Notes: generated by a model not told the origin, from the letters alone. Shown: positions 28,369 to 38,880, counted from the first letter of the stretch. The stretch is 64,000 nucleotides of DNA from an uncultured Methanosarcinales archaeon (GCA_964354685.1 CAYHAM010000002.1:71058-135057); one strand, 5' to 3'. Numbers and translations are program-made.

Positions 28369-29328
28369 TCATCCTTCAAGAAGTCTCTGACTCAAACTAC
28401 CATCAGGTAAATTTTGTATGCGTAGAGTACATCTGTAAGTACGGTTTTCTAATACACCATGTTTTTTATCTAGATGCCAATCGCTGACACCCCTGCTAGT
28501 TGGAGAGTATCCCAATTGTTCATTGCCTTCAAGATATCTTGTATCCAGGAGAATTGCTAGAACTGCATTTCTCAAAGGTTGTGTTCGATAACCTATTTTA
28601 TTAAGAACTAAATTGATCTGGAGTCTAGTGAGTGGTGGTAATTTTTCATAATCTATTGCTTTAGCATCAGATCCTCTTATTTCACTATAAAATTTATTTA
28701 GTCCCTCATATAACCCCAAAATATCAATAGGCCCACAATCCATCTCTCCATAATTAGTCAAATATCCATTAACCACTGTGCCTTTTGGAGGTTCTCTTGC
28801 AACTTCTGGCCTTGGTGTTAAAATAACATTCTCAACATAGAGAATATGGTTTTCTGGTCTAGCTATCCTACTCCCCTTTGGACATGACTTAACCAAGTCA
28901 ACTAAGCTCCTTGCTTCTTTTTTTGAAACAATAACACCATCTCCATTTACAATAACCCCCTCTCCTTTTGATTTCCCAAAACTCAAATAATCAGGCATTC
29001 CATCACCATATTTATCAGCATACCATAATGTTATCTCAACCTCACGGTTAAACTCAGGAAATCCTCCTCTGTAATTCCGAGATAATCGCATAAGGTGTAG
29101 CATCTCCATACCAAATTCTTTTTTCCAGTCTGTAAATGTTATTAACACTTCTCCTGCAGATTGACGGCCTCTTAGTGTTCGTAATAATTCGCCAGATTCA
29201 TCTCTTACTCTTTCAAATATATCAAGAATTCCTCTACGATTAACTGGATTGATATAACCAAATGGAACAAACCATTGTGCATCGGTGTTTACAATTTCAA
29301 TCCCAACCCTTTGACAAATTCCGCCCAT
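28369..29328 (-). CDS. Hypothetical protein (first gene of a GC-richer five-gene block)
   Basis: 319-aa ORF, GC-richer codon usage than flanks, no recognised motifs. Confidence 0.45.
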   Translation of the reverse strand: MGGICQRVGIEIVNTDAQWFVPFGYINPVNRRGILDIFERVRDESGELLRTLRGRQSAGEVLITFTDWKKEFGMEMLHLMRLSRNYRGGFPEFNREVEITLWYADKYGDGMPDYLSFGKSKGEGVIVNGDGVIVSKKEARSLVDLVKSCPKGSRIARPENHILYVENVILTPRPEVAREPPKGTVVNGYLTNYGEMDCGPIDILGLYEGLNKFYSEIRGSDAKAIDYEKLPPLTRLQINLVLNKIGYRTQPLRNAVLAILLDTRYLEGNEQLGYSPTSRGVSDWHLDKKHGVLENRTYRCTLRIQNLPDGSLSQRLLEG

Positions 29329-29465
29329 TTTAGATTTATAGTGAAATTTTATTTTCCTCCTGTCATATTAAACATCCCACTAATTAATAATCAATCAGAA
29401 CCATTTTTATAATTCAAAATCCTTATTTATATATAAATCTTTTGGTTATTTACCACCAAACAGTA

Positions 29466-29789
29466 CTAATTATCGCCCCAATCTACAAACTCTGCTTCAC
29501 TTACATCCATCTGACAAGTAGTGCGCCATGGGATCCTCTCAGAATAATCCACACAACCTCTAGCATACAAATCTCCGATAACCTCCTGCTCTTTTCCCAC
29601 TGGAACAATCAACTTGTATATGTTATCAAGACTAGCTTCTCTCCGTAGTTCCTCATCAACACCAGTAAACAACTCGAATCCTTGATACTCACTAACTATC
29701 CCTTTCACAACCTCCTCATCAGCCTCTGGTTTAAATCTCACAATTATTTTACCAGGCACATAATCATCAAGTTTTTCTTCCAACACCAT
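29466..29789 (-). CDS. Small protein with subtilisin-propeptide (inhibitor I9)-like pattern, paralog 1
   Basis: PGKIIVRFKPEADEEVVKGIVSEYQGFEL..ELRREASLDNIYKLIVPVGKEQEVIGDLYARGCVDYSE; tandem paralog of next gene. Confidence 0.35.
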   Translation of the reverse strand: MVLEEKLDDYVPGKIIVRFKPEADEEVVKGIVSEYQGFELFTGVDEELRREASLDNIYKLIVPVGKEQEVIGDLYARGCVDYSERIPWRTTCQMDVSEAEFVDWGDN

Positions 29790-29812
29790 TTTGATTACCT
29801 CTATAATCTTGA

Positions 29813-30169
29813 CTAATAAATCATGTTTCTCCTTTCTTTCATTGCCTCAATAAATTTTTGTGGAAGTGTCTCATGCGAATGTATCATATAAGCAGTATGC
29901 CATACAATCATCTTAGTATAATCTATACACTCACGATGCTTGGCATACAAATCCCTGATGGTTTCCTGCTCCTTACCAACAGGCACTGCTAACACATAGG
30001 TTTTATCAAGACCTGTTTTTTTACGCAATTCCTCATCAGCTCCCTTAACCATTAGTTCCGCTTGATACTCACCAATTGCTTCTATTATCTCCTCCTCTGT
30101 TGCTTCTGGCCTAAAAATCAAAATTATTTTACCAGGAGTGTAACAGTTGACTAATTTATCCAACTCCAT
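29813..30169 (-). CDS. Small protein with subtilisin-propeptide (inhibitor I9)-like pattern, paralog 2
   Basis: PGKIILIFRPEATEEEIIEAIGEYQAELMVKGADEELRKKTGLDKTYVLAVPVGKEQETIRDLYAKHRECIDYTK. Confidence 0.35.
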   Translation of the reverse strand: MELDKLVNCYTPGKIILIFRPEATEEEIIEAIGEYQAELMVKGADEELRKKTGLDKTYVLAVPVGKEQETIRDLYAKHRECIDYTKMIVWHTAYMIHSHETLPQKFIEAMKERRNMIY

Positions 30170-30214
30170 TTTTATACCTCCATAAAAAATTAAAAAAAGA
30201 GGACAAAATGTCCC

Positions 30215-31411
30215 CTATTTCTTGGCTTTGCCCTCTCCAACTGGCTTCAGCTTTGCAAACACATCAGAACCCTCTGAATCCTTAAGATTCTGGTCGTGCA
30301 ACTCAAACCATGGCAGACCATACTGCTGGTACTTCTCATACGTCACTGGTGTTGGTGGTGCTTCATACCCTGTAACCTGTTTGAAGTCCTCACTGCTCAC
30401 CAAATAGATAACATCAACCGCTGTAGGCTTCTCTTGCCACACATCAAATCCATAAGGATCTGGGTAGATCTTCTGCATGATCTCCCCTCCTCTGCCAAAC
30501 CCCATACTCTGCACGCTTGCAACATTAACACTCTTGACTGCTCCTCTGGTTGTACCTAATGTGTCACCTAATGTAGATGCTGATTCCATTGCATACATCA
30601 TTGAGTGTTTTCCAGTATTGTAAACTTCATAGATTGTGGGTTCGTAGATAGTGGGTTGGGGGTGGAGCCATTGATCATTTATTTTTATCCCTGGCTTGCT
30701 TCCTGGTATATAGACCCCTGGCTCAAATAATAATCCAGAATTTAACCAAGAACCACCAACAATATACTCATGAGGTCTTGTTGCATGCACCAATTTCTCG
30801 CCCTCTTTTGGATCAAACACAATTAGCTGAATCCCTCCAACTGTCTCCTCACCAGTTATCTGGCCCTCAACTGTTTCACCTGAACCCATCTCAGCAGCAA
30901 CAAACTGGTAAATCTTGCCATCAGTGTCTTTCCATCCATCAAGCCAAGGCTGTGGTGGAACAACAAGATAATTCTGGTTTCCTTCCAGTTTAATCACTAA
31001 TCCATCTTCTCCTTTCTTCTTTCTCCTCTTCTTTTCTGCAAACTTGTTCTTGCTTGGGTCAAATGGAACCCCAGAAACAGCATTAATATTACCTGCTCCA
31101 ACAATCAATGCTTTGGGATTATCCATATAGCCTCGAGCAAAATTCATCCACATTGCCTCCTGCCTGTACATTGGCATAAAAAAACCATCTTCTCTCCATT
31201 CCTCTGGAGTTCCGGACTTGAAATCGCTCACCTTATACACAGGGAATGAGCCAAGCCCAGCAGGCAGGCTATTTATTTGGCTCTCAGGCACTCTACAGGT
31301 TCGCTGGAAATTCAAGCGCAAACCCCCAACAACAATATACTCGTGTTTCAACTTCTCAACCAAGTTGTTTCCATCTGGTATTCTAACCATTTTATTTACC
31401 TCCTGATTCAT
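30215..31411 (-). CDS. Hypothetical protein, 398 aa
   Basis: GC-richer ORF with internal KKRRKKKGEDG stretch; no recognised motifs. Confidence 0.45.
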   Translation of the reverse strand: MNQEVNKMVRIPDGNNLVEKLKHEYIVVGGLRLNFQRTCRVPESQINSLPAGLGSFPVYKVSDFKSGTPEEWREDGFFMPMYRQEAMWMNFARGYMDNPKALIVGAGNINAVSGVPFDPSKNKFAEKKRRKKKGEDGLVIKLEGNQNYLVVPPQPWLDGWKDTDGKIYQFVAAEMGSGETVEGQITGEETVGGIQLIVFDPKEGEKLVHATRPHEYIVGGSWLNSGLLFEPGVYIPGSKPGIKINDQWLHPQPTIYEPTIYEVYNTGKHSMMYAMESASTLGDTLGTTRGAVKSVNVASVQSMGFGRGGEIMQKIYPDPYGFDVWQEKPTAVDVIYLVSSEDFKQVTGYEAPPTPVTYEKYQQYGLPWFELHDQNLKDSEGSDVFAKLKPVGEGKAKK

Positions 31412-31859
31412 CTTTTATACTATCAAAATTTATACTATCAAAAGGCGAAACCATTACTATTATATTATAAGAAGTCGCATACTCTGCAACCAATGCCCAA
31501 TAACACTTGTCATTATTTTTAACCTCTACAATCTCTCCAGGCAACGTAATAGAATACTTTATTCCTTTTTGCTTGTGTTCATCAACTGTATAGCCCTCGT
31601 CTTTGTAGAATTCTCTCACCAAATCTGATATTGCTGATACTGAGCCTCTAAAAAAAGATGTGTTGATCAAATCAATGCTTCCTGTGTTTGGCTCCTCATA
31701 CTTTTTCACTATCCAATCTACTCCTTCACCATCATGGTCATGATTAAGTCCTAAATGAGAGCAAAGCTTGTCCTTTAGCCTTTCCAAAACAGAATTTGGA
31801 AAATACCCTCTGCAAAACTCATCCACTGATGTAAAAACCCTTCCTTTTGTTTCTTCCAT
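31392..31859 (-). CDS. Hypothetical protein, 155 aa
   Basis: Overlaps upstream gene by 20 nt (operon); no recognised motifs. Confidence 0.4.
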   Translation of the reverse strand: MEETKGRVFTSVDEFCRGYFPNSVLERLKDKLCSHLGLNHDHDGEGVDWIVKKYEEPNTGSIDLINTSFFRGSVSAISDLVREFYKDEGYTVDEHKQKGIKYSITLPGEIVEVKNNDKCYWALVAEYATSYNIIVMVSPFDSINFDSIKDESGGK

Positions 31860-32016
31860 TTTTTCTCTCTAAATCCTCTTGTCTTTTGAATAAGGGATAT
31901 TGTGGAGAAATATGTATTTAACCAGTGTAATAACCACATCAATACACAATTGTGTACTTTTTAAAAAAATAGTTATTTTAAAAAAATTTAAATACTTGAA
32001 ATGCTTCTCTATTTCC

Positions 32017-32922
32017 ATGAAACGAAAAATCGTGCAACACGGGAGCTGCTCCTTGACAGTAACCCTCCCTATAAAATGGGCAACCAAATTCAACCTACAA
32101 AAAGGGGATTTGCTAAATGTTGAGGAATCAGGGCCCTCGCTGATAGTATCAACACAGCAGGAGACAGCCGCACCAAAAAAGGTGCTCTCAGTGCCAGAAA
32201 CAGGAATATTCACAAAAAACAACCTGAGCCACCTTTACCAATTAGGCTATGATGAGATTGAGATAAGGTTTGACAACAACCAAACCATCGAACAGATTAA
32301 CCAGAGGTTGCCAAGCTGCATTGGCTTTGAGATAATTGACCAAAAGCAAAACAAGGTCCTTATCAAGAGCATTGCAACAACAATAGAGTCAGAATTTGAC
32401 ACCTTGCTCAGAAAATCATTTCTCATAACAAATGAAATGGCAAAGAGTATTCTAGAAATCCTTGAGAAAGGAGAGTATCATAGGTTAAATGAATTAAGAA
32501 ACATGGAGTCTTTGAACAACAAATTCACTGATATCTGCATTCGCATTCTCAACAAAAGAGGCTACAAAAACCAAAAGAGAACAATGCAGATGTATGAGAT
32601 GGTCAAAAACATTGAGAGAATAGCAGACGAATTCAAATACATCTGTAACTTGTTTGCAGGCTATGACAAAAAGATTGAAAAAGAGGTAATTGCATCTTTC
32701 AAAGAGGCTGTTGACTACTACTTAACCTTCTATAGCATGTTCTACAAATTTGATCCAAAGCTCAAAGAGAAGATATTTCTTGATAGGAAAAAATTAATTG
32801 ATAAATACTTATCACAAATAGAAAAATCAAAAGGGAAAACATCAATATTCCTCCATAACATGATCAACATTGTTCAGAAAACCTATGAAGGAGCAGGCGG
32901 ATATTTTGCTTTAGTATTATGA
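32017..32922 (+). CDS. Archaeal phosphate-uptake-regulator-like protein: N-terminal AbrB/SpoVT swapped-hairpin domain + PhoU-like helical domain
   Basis: MKRKIVQHGSCSLTVTLPIKWATKFNLQKGDLLNVEESGPSLIVS (AbrB-type) followed by helical repeats; start at ATG 32017 rather than track start 31900. Confidence 0.7.
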   Translation: MKRKIVQHGSCSLTVTLPIKWATKFNLQKGDLLNVEESGPSLIVSTQQETAAPKKVLSVPETGIFTKNNLSHLYQLGYDEIEIRFDNNQTIEQINQRLPSCIGFEIIDQKQNKVLIKSIATTIESEFDTLLRKSFLITNEMAKSILEILEKGEYHRLNELRNMESLNNKFTDICIRILNKRGYKNQKRTMQMYEMVKNIERIADEFKYICNLFAGYDKKIEKEVIASFKEAVDYYLTFYSMFYKFDPKLKEKIFLDRKKLIDKYLSQIEKSKGKTSIFLHNMINIVQKTYEGAGGYFALVL

Positions 32923-34425
32923 ATTGAATATTGGTAACAAATAAGACTGGTTTTCAAGCAATACTCTCAATTCATCTTTAATTGTATTTGTTTGCTCTCT
33001 ATAACCATAATACTCTAGTTGCTTCAAATCACTCCATAACAATTTACAATGAATTAGTGCTTTTTCTCTAATATCATCAGGATCATCCCTCACTGGATCA
33101 TACATCTCATAGATATTCCACAACACAGACTGTATCAAAGCATCCCTCTCTTGGCTAACAACCTTAAACTCTAACCCATGTCTTTTACCATTTGACTCAA
33201 ACTGCTGTTTATAGGCTTGAGCCAATCCTTCAAAACCATAATCATATTTACCACATACACTTGAAGCCTTTCTAAAGTGATGTAGCCAAAAATCTGTTGG
33301 GTCGCCGAAATGCCTATCAAGCATGAGAGACCCCCAATCAATAACCCCAAACTCTTTTATGCTGGGTATTCTCTTATAAGTGATTGGATCCATCTTTGTT
33401 AGCAAAGTAACCAAATTACCTGTGTGGATATCACCATGCGAAACAACACTCATACCACTCTGCTCATTGTAAAGCTCCTCGCAAACCTTGATAAGACCAT
33501 CTGCACACCCCCCCTCAATTCCCAATGCTGCTAATAGCCTCTCTTTTATTTCTCTTCTTGGGCTTGCATTCTCGATCTCAATCCCATATTTTTCAAATTC
33601 ACCATTGTTTCTGGCACAGGTTAATTTCACGTGGCAATCTGCCAGCAACCTTGCCACAGCAAGCGCAGTCTCATACACCATATCTGGTCTCTCAACCATA
33701 TTTGCAATTAGATTATCGTAAGGATCACCAGCGTGTGCCACAATCCCACCTAAAATAGCAACATCATAAGGGTACTCCTTCATTGAATTCTTTGGATCAA
33801 ACCCAATAGGCCTTCCTGTTGGAATCCCTTGCTCATAAGCTATATGGTAAATAGCAAGCTCTTTTGCAGTCTCATCAGGGTCAGCCTTAAACACCCAGAC
33901 TCTAGAAAGTCCACCATCAACCAAATAAGAAACATCCTTTACCTCCCACTTTCTTGTTGTTTGCAAACCTCTAACTCTTGTAACAACAACATCAACATCA
34001 ATACCCTGGCTCTTGTAATCCAGGGATATGAGCTGCTCCAATATCTTAATCTCATTTGGCTTGGTTTTCTCAACCTCATCCTCAAAAGTGTGTGGAATTT
34101 TAAGATATGTCATATCATCCATCACATGGTCGTGTAACGTTTCCTCTGATGCTCTATTCATAGAGGTTACAAACGCTTGTACATCTCTTAAACCTTCAGC
34201 TTGATAAACCTCTTCTTCATCCACGGTCCAATCTTTGGCTGTTCCCATAGTTGTAGCCAGATCCTCTGCGCTTGTTTTTCTACTTCGATCTCGATCTAAT
34301 AGATAAACTGTCTTAACTGATCTTAAAGCAGCCTTAACTGCTGGGTCACCCCCAAACCAATAGGTTCCAACTTGGATTTTTTCAAACTCCAACCTTCCTA
34401 GTAAATCTTCCATTTTCATAAACAC
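32917..34425 (-). CDS. Protein-kinase-like (aminoglycoside/choline-kinase APH fold) phosphotransferase with N-terminal extension
   Basis: VVSHGDIHTGNLV (HxD..N catalytic loop) and VIDWGS (DFG-equivalent). Confidence 0.55.
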   Translation of the reverse strand: MFMKMEDLLGRLEFEKIQVGTYWFGGDPAVKAALRSVKTVYLLDRDRSRKTSAEDLATTMGTAKDWTVDEEEVYQAEGLRDVQAFVTSMNRASEETLHDHVMDDMTYLKIPHTFEDEVEKTKPNEIKILEQLISLDYKSQGIDVDVVVTRVRGLQTTRKWEVKDVSYLVDGGLSRVWVFKADPDETAKELAIYHIAYEQGIPTGRPIGFDPKNSMKEYPYDVAILGGIVAHAGDPYDNLIANMVERPDMVYETALAVARLLADCHVKLTCARNNGEFEKYGIEIENASPRREIKERLLAALGIEGGCADGLIKVCEELYNEQSGMSVVSHGDIHTGNLVTLLTKMDPITYKRIPSIKEFGVIDWGSLMLDRHFGDPTDFWLHHFRKASSVCGKYDYGFEGLAQAYKQQFESNGKRHGLEFKVVSQERDALIQSVLWNIYEMYDPVRDDPDDIREKALIHCKLLWSDLKQLEYYGYREQTNTIKDELRVLLENQSYLLPIFNS

Positions 34426-34562
34426 TTATTAAGTTATAGTGTAATAATAAGCTTATGTGTGTATTTTGTGTATTTATTTTATTCCCAAACTTTGGTATTT
34501 AATTATAGTATATCCAATTGTATTTAAATTTTTTGATTTTTGACCACTCTAAAGATGTTACA

Positions 34563-35225
34563 TTATTTACCAATCACCAGCACAAACTCTCCCTTAACCT
34601 TCTTTTTTTCAAAATACCCCAAAACCTCATTCGGCTTGCCTATAACAAACTCCTCAAATATTTTTGTTAGTTCTCGAGCAACAACTATATTATAATCTGG
34701 GATAATCTTAACCATCAACTCTAATGTTTTTATTATCCTGTACGGAGATTCATAAACAACTATTGTCTCCTTCCTATTCTTAATCTCCTCAAAAAACTCT
34801 TTTTTCTTCTTCTCTTTTTTTGACAAAAACCCATAAAAACTAAACTTATCAGTTGGCAAGCCAGAGGAAACCAAAGCTGCTAGAAATGAGCTTGGACCAG
34901 GAACTGGAACAACCGTTATATTTTGTTTTACACACTCTCTAACCAAATAGAACCCAGGATCACTAATCCCAGGAGTGCCAGCATCAGAAACAATTGCTAT
35001 GCTCTGGCCCTGTTTCAATATTTTGATAAACAAAGGTGTTCTCCTCTCCTTTTTGTTATCATCAAAGCTTATTATTTTGTTTCTTATCTTGTAATGACTC
35101 AAAAGTTTTTTTGTCTGCCTTGTATCTTCTGCTGCTATCAAATCAACTTCTCTCAAAACCCTCAAAGCTCTAAAAGTTATGTCTTCTAAATTACCAATCG
35201 GTGTGGCAATAAGGTACAATGGCAT
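34563..35225 (-). CDS. rsmI: Tetrapyrrole-methylase-family 16S rRNA (cytidine-2'-O)-methyltransferase RsmI
   Basis: MPLYLIATPIGNLEDITFRALRVLREVDLIAAEDTR...IVSDAGTPGISDPG; start at ATG 35225 (track extended to 35645 with an unlikely N-terminus). Confidence 0.85.
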   Translation of the reverse strand: MPLYLIATPIGNLEDITFRALRVLREVDLIAAEDTRQTKKLLSHYKIRNKIISFDDNKKERRTPLFIKILKQGQSIAIVSDAGTPGISDPGFYLVRECVKQNITVVPVPGPSSFLAALVSSGLPTDKFSFYGFLSKKEKKKKEFFEEIKNRKETIVVYESPYRIIKTLELMVKIIPDYNIVVARELTKIFEEFVIGKPNEVLGYFEKKKVKGEFVLVIGK

Positions 35226-35262
35226 ATTATTAAAATAAATAAAAACATTTATAAATTGTTCT

Positions 35263-36231
35263 GTGTTACGGCTGTATATAAAGAGGGGTGATCTTTTGGC
35301 AAAAGAAAAAGAGGGTTCAAAAGCAAACTGGATAATAATCATTATTTCTATTCTTGTGTTGATGGTCATAGGCTTTTTTGTTACTATTATTATAGCAATG
35401 TTTATGGATTCGAGTGAAATTGTGCTAGGAAACGTGGCTTTAATACCAATAAAGGGAGTGATTGTAACCTCTGGAACAGACTCTATCTTCTCCAGTGGGA
35501 TAGTATCATCAGAAGAAACAGTTGAACTAATAGAAAAAGCAGATGAAAACCCCTCAATAAAGGCGATACTATTTGAAATAGACTCTCCAGGAGGAGGTGC
35601 GGTTGCCTCAGATGAGATCGGCAATGCGATAAAGGCTGTTAACAAAACAACAGTAGCCTGGATAAGGGATGTTGGAGCAAGCGGTGGCTATTGGGTTGCA
35701 TCTGCTTGCGATAAGATTGTTGCCAACAGAATGTCAATAACAGGCAGCATAGGAGTAACCTCTAGCTATCTTGAATTCTCTGGCTTACTTGATGATTACA
35801 ATGTGACCTATGAGAGATTGGTTTCAGGCGAATACAAAGACATGGGCTCGCCATTCAGAAGCCTAACACAAAATGAGAGGGCAATACTCCAATCAAAAAT
35901 AAACACAATCCATGATATGTTTGTTGAGGAGGTCTCAAAAAACCGCAACTTAGATGAAGAAACAGTAAGAGGCTTATCAACAGGAATGTTTTACCTGGGT
36001 GTAGAAGCAAAAGAGCTCGGTTTAATAGACGAGCTTGGTGGCAAAAAAGAGGCTGAGGAATTAATAAAAAAAGAGGCTGGTTTAGATGAGATCGAGATTG
36101 TTGAGTTCAAGAGAAAACCAACTGTATTAGAAAGCCTAAGCCAGATAATATCAAAATCCTTTTTCAGTATTATGTCCTCAAACTTAAATTTCTTAGAGAG
36201 TAATACCCAACCCAAATTAGAATTGAGATGA
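35263..36231 (+). CDS. sppA: Signal peptide peptidase SppA (S49 family, 36K type)
   Basis: IDSPGGGAVASDEIGNAI, GASGGYWVASACDKIVA, SITGSIGV (catalytic Ser/Lys regions); N-terminal TM. Confidence 0.8.
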   Translation: MLRLYIKRGDLLAKEKEGSKANWIIIIISILVLMVIGFFVTIIIAMFMDSSEIVLGNVALIPIKGVIVTSGTDSIFSSGIVSSEETVELIEKADENPSIKAILFEIDSPGGGAVASDEIGNAIKAVNKTTVAWIRDVGASGGYWVASACDKIVANRMSITGSIGVTSSYLEFSGLLDDYNVTYERLVSGEYKDMGSPFRSLTQNERAILQSKINTIHDMFVEEVSKNRNLDEETVRGLSTGMFYLGVEAKELGLIDELGGKKEAEELIKKEAGLDEIEIVEFKRKPTVLESLSQIISKSFFSIMSSNLNFLESNTQPKLELR

Positions 36232-37313
36232 ACAACAAAAAAGCAGACATAACCAAATATGTTTTCATATCCGTATTCTTAATACTATTAATTTTCTCAT
36301 TGCTTATAATAAAACCATACCTCAATGCAATTTTAGGAGGGATTGTGCTGGCAATAATTTTTTACCCACTCCATAGTTTGATATATCGCAAGACAAAGAA
36401 GAAAAACTTGAGTGCAATGATTATCACAATAATTGCAATTTTAATTGTTTTTCTACCAATACTCTTTGTTTTTCAGCAGGTAACTTACCAGGCAAAGGTT
36501 GCTTATGTTCTAACAAAACAAAAACTTGTTAGCGGTCAACTAATAGCAGACAATCTTTGTGTGGATCAGCAAAACCTAATGTGTAATATCAATGATAAGT
36601 TTAAGAGCATTGTGTTAGAACCTAAATTTGCCTACTATAGAGACAATGCATTGCAAAAAATAGAAGGTTTTCTATGGGAATTAACACCAAACCTTCTCAT
36701 GGCCATACCAAAGATAATCATAAATCTTTTCATCCTTGTTTTTGTGTTGTTTTATGCATTAAGAGATGGTGAGAGCCTATTCAGAAGGATTGGAAGAATG
36801 TTGCCTTTGAAGAGCTCACACAAGGAGAAGATATTTGCAAAGATTAAAGATGTAAACTATGCTATTGTGTATGGTCATGTAATCACAGGTCTTGTTCAAG
36901 GTGCTATTGGAACAATAGGGTTTTATATTTTTGGCGTAACCTCACCTCTTATCCTAGGCATTGTAATGACCATCGCAGCCTTAATACCTTTTGTTGGAGC
37001 ATCCATAGTGTGGTTTCCAATTGCCTTGCTAAAAATATTTGATGGCCTAGCTGTGGGTGACCAAACTATCTTCTGGAAAGGATTAGGCCTTATGCTCTAT
37101 GGTATATTTATTGTGAGCACAATCGATAATATTATAAAGCCAAAAATAACTGCAGACAAAGCAAAGGTCAGTCCAGTGATAATCCTGCTGGGCCTGATTG
37201 GTGGAGTAACCCTTTTTGGAATTGTTGGCATCATTGTTGGCCCACTTGTATTAGCACTGACAAAAACCTTCATAGAAATATACGAGAAGGAAAGACATGA
37301 AATTACAGGTTAA
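36228..37313 (+). CDS. AI-2E family (UPF0118/PerM-like) transporter
   Basis: 8-TM protein with VYGHVITGLVQGAIGTIGFYIFGV and IAALIPFVGASIVWFP signature region. Confidence 0.75.
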   Translation: MNNKKADITKYVFISVFLILLIFSLLIIKPYLNAILGGIVLAIIFYPLHSLIYRKTKKKNLSAMIITIIAILIVFLPILFVFQQVTYQAKVAYVLTKQKLVSGQLIADNLCVDQQNLMCNINDKFKSIVLEPKFAYYRDNALQKIEGFLWELTPNLLMAIPKIIINLFILVFVLFYALRDGESLFRRIGRMLPLKSSHKEKIFAKIKDVNYAIVYGHVITGLVQGAIGTIGFYIFGVTSPLILGIVMTIAALIPFVGASIVWFPIALLKIFDGLAVGDQTIFWKGLGLMLYGIFIVSTIDNIIKPKITADKAKVSPVIILLGLIGGVTLFGIVGIIVGPLVLALTKTFIEIYEKERHEITG

Positions 37314-38793
37314 GGATGTGGACATCGCAACTGGTGGCCCTTTAATTGTTATTCTTAATGAGATTGATGCCCATAAGCTTGATCTCCACTATGAAGACAG
37401 AATCAAAATAAAAAAGAATAGAAAAGAAATCATCGCAATCATTGACCTTGCTGAGGCTGGTAGCAGAACTGTTCCAAAAGGGAAGATAGGGTTTATGGAA
37501 GAGGCATTGAAAAAGCTTGGTGTAAAGCACAATGACTATGTGGTAATAGACTATGAGCAAAAACCTATTTCTATACAATACATAAAACAAAAGCTCGAGG
37601 GAAAAGAGCTAAACAAACAAGAGATGAGAACCATTGTTAGTGATATTGTTAATAATCGTTTGAGTGAGGTGGAGATGACATACTTTGTTTCAGCATGCTA
37701 CTCAAATAAACTGAGTAAAAAAGAGACTATATACTTAACAAAGGCAATGGTTGAAACAGGAGATGTTTTGAAATTAAAAGACAAGATCATTGTTGACAAG
37801 CACTGTGTTGGTGGTGTGCCTGGCAACAGGACAACAATGGTTATTGTCCCAATTATAGCAGCTGCTGGTCTGAAGATGCCAAAAACATCATCAAGATCAA
37901 TAACAAGCCCTGCTGGAACAGCTGACACAATGGAAGTCCTGGCAGATGTATCCATACCTGTTGAGAAGATGAAGAAGATTGTTGATAAAACAAATGCATG
38001 CATTGCATGGGGCGGTGCTTTTAACCTAGCAGCAGCTGATGACAAACTGATTTACTTGAGACATCCACTGAGCTTAGATCCAGAAGGAATGGTGCTTGCT
38101 AGTGTATTAGCAAAAAAACACTCTGTTGGCTCAACCCATGTTTTGATAGACATTCCAATTGGCCGCGGAGCTAAGATAAGCAAGGAAAAAGAGGCAATCA
38201 GATACAAAAGAGAGTTTGAAAAGATCGGAAAAGAGCTTGGAATGAAAGTAAAGGTTATGATAACAGATGGTTCCCAACCAATTGGAAATGGTATAGGTCC
38301 TTCATTAGAAGCAAGGGATGTTCTCTGGGTTTTGATGAATCACAAAAAAGCACCATCTGATTTAAGGGACAAATCATTGCAAATGGCTGGCACAATCTTT
38401 GAGATGGTTGGTAAGGCCCCTAAAGCAAGCGGCAAGAGGCTTGCAGGCTATACCTTGAAATCAGGAAGAGCTTACACAAAAATGAAGGAGATTATCAAAG
38501 CACAAGGTGGCAATGTATTTGAACCATCAAAGATAAAGCTTGGAAAGTACACACTTAATATAAAGGCAAAAAGAAATGGCAGAGTAAAGCACATAGATAA
38601 CAAGACAATTGCAAGAATTGCTCGCATAGCAGGTGCTCCACGCGACCAAGGAGCTGGGTTATATCTGTACAGACATAATGGAGATTATGTTAAAAAAGGA
38701 GATAAGCTATATACAATCTATTCTGACAGCACACAAAGACTAAGGTTTGCAAAAAAGATTGCTGAAAAAGATTCTGGATTCTTGGTTAATTAA
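37297..38793 (+). CDS. AMP phosphorylase (archaeal thymidine-phosphorylase-family enzyme with N-terminal extension)
   Basis: MKLQVKDVDIATGGPLIVILNEIDAHKLDLHYEDRIKI N-domain, then HCVGGVPGNRTTMVIVPIIAAAGLKMPKTSSRSITSPAGTADTME phosphorylase core; ~500 aa. Confidence 0.8.
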   Translation: MKLQVKDVDIATGGPLIVILNEIDAHKLDLHYEDRIKIKKNRKEIIAIIDLAEAGSRTVPKGKIGFMEEALKKLGVKHNDYVVIDYEQKPISIQYIKQKLEGKELNKQEMRTIVSDIVNNRLSEVEMTYFVSACYSNKLSKKETIYLTKAMVETGDVLKLKDKIIVDKHCVGGVPGNRTTMVIVPIIAAAGLKMPKTSSRSITSPAGTADTMEVLADVSIPVEKMKKIVDKTNACIAWGGAFNLAAADDKLIYLRHPLSLDPEGMVLASVLAKKHSVGSTHVLIDIPIGRGAKISKEKEAIRYKREFEKIGKELGMKVKVMITDGSQPIGNGIGPSLEARDVLWVLMNHKKAPSDLRDKSLQMAGTIFEMVGKAPKASGKRLAGYTLKSGRAYTKMKEIIKAQGGNVFEPSKIKLGKYTLNIKAKRNGRVKHIDNKTIARIARIAGAPRDQGAGLYLYRHNGDYVKKGDKLYTIYSDSTQRLRFAKKIAEKDSGFLVN

Positions 38794-38805
38794 TAAAGAG
38801 TATAT

Positions 38806-38880
38806 TAATATACAAATATCTATATTAAAATATGATTATTGTCTTAAAAGTTGTTAAAAATATATTAATATACAAAAAAA
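38806..38880 (+). promoter_or_regulatory. Direct repeat TATATTAATATACAAA (x2) in the tuf promoter region
   Basis: atattaatatacaaatatc ... atattaatatacaaaaaaat ~58 nt apart, 120 nt upstream of the aEF-1alpha start; SD aaggagg before the ATG. Confidence 0.35.

Noticed and set aside
35263-35645. Track extension of RsmI to a 360-aa ORF starting at 35645
   Set aside because: The N-terminal 139 aa are low-complexity, overlap the divergent sppA gene, and RsmI homologs start at MPLYLIATPIGN. Start set at 35225.
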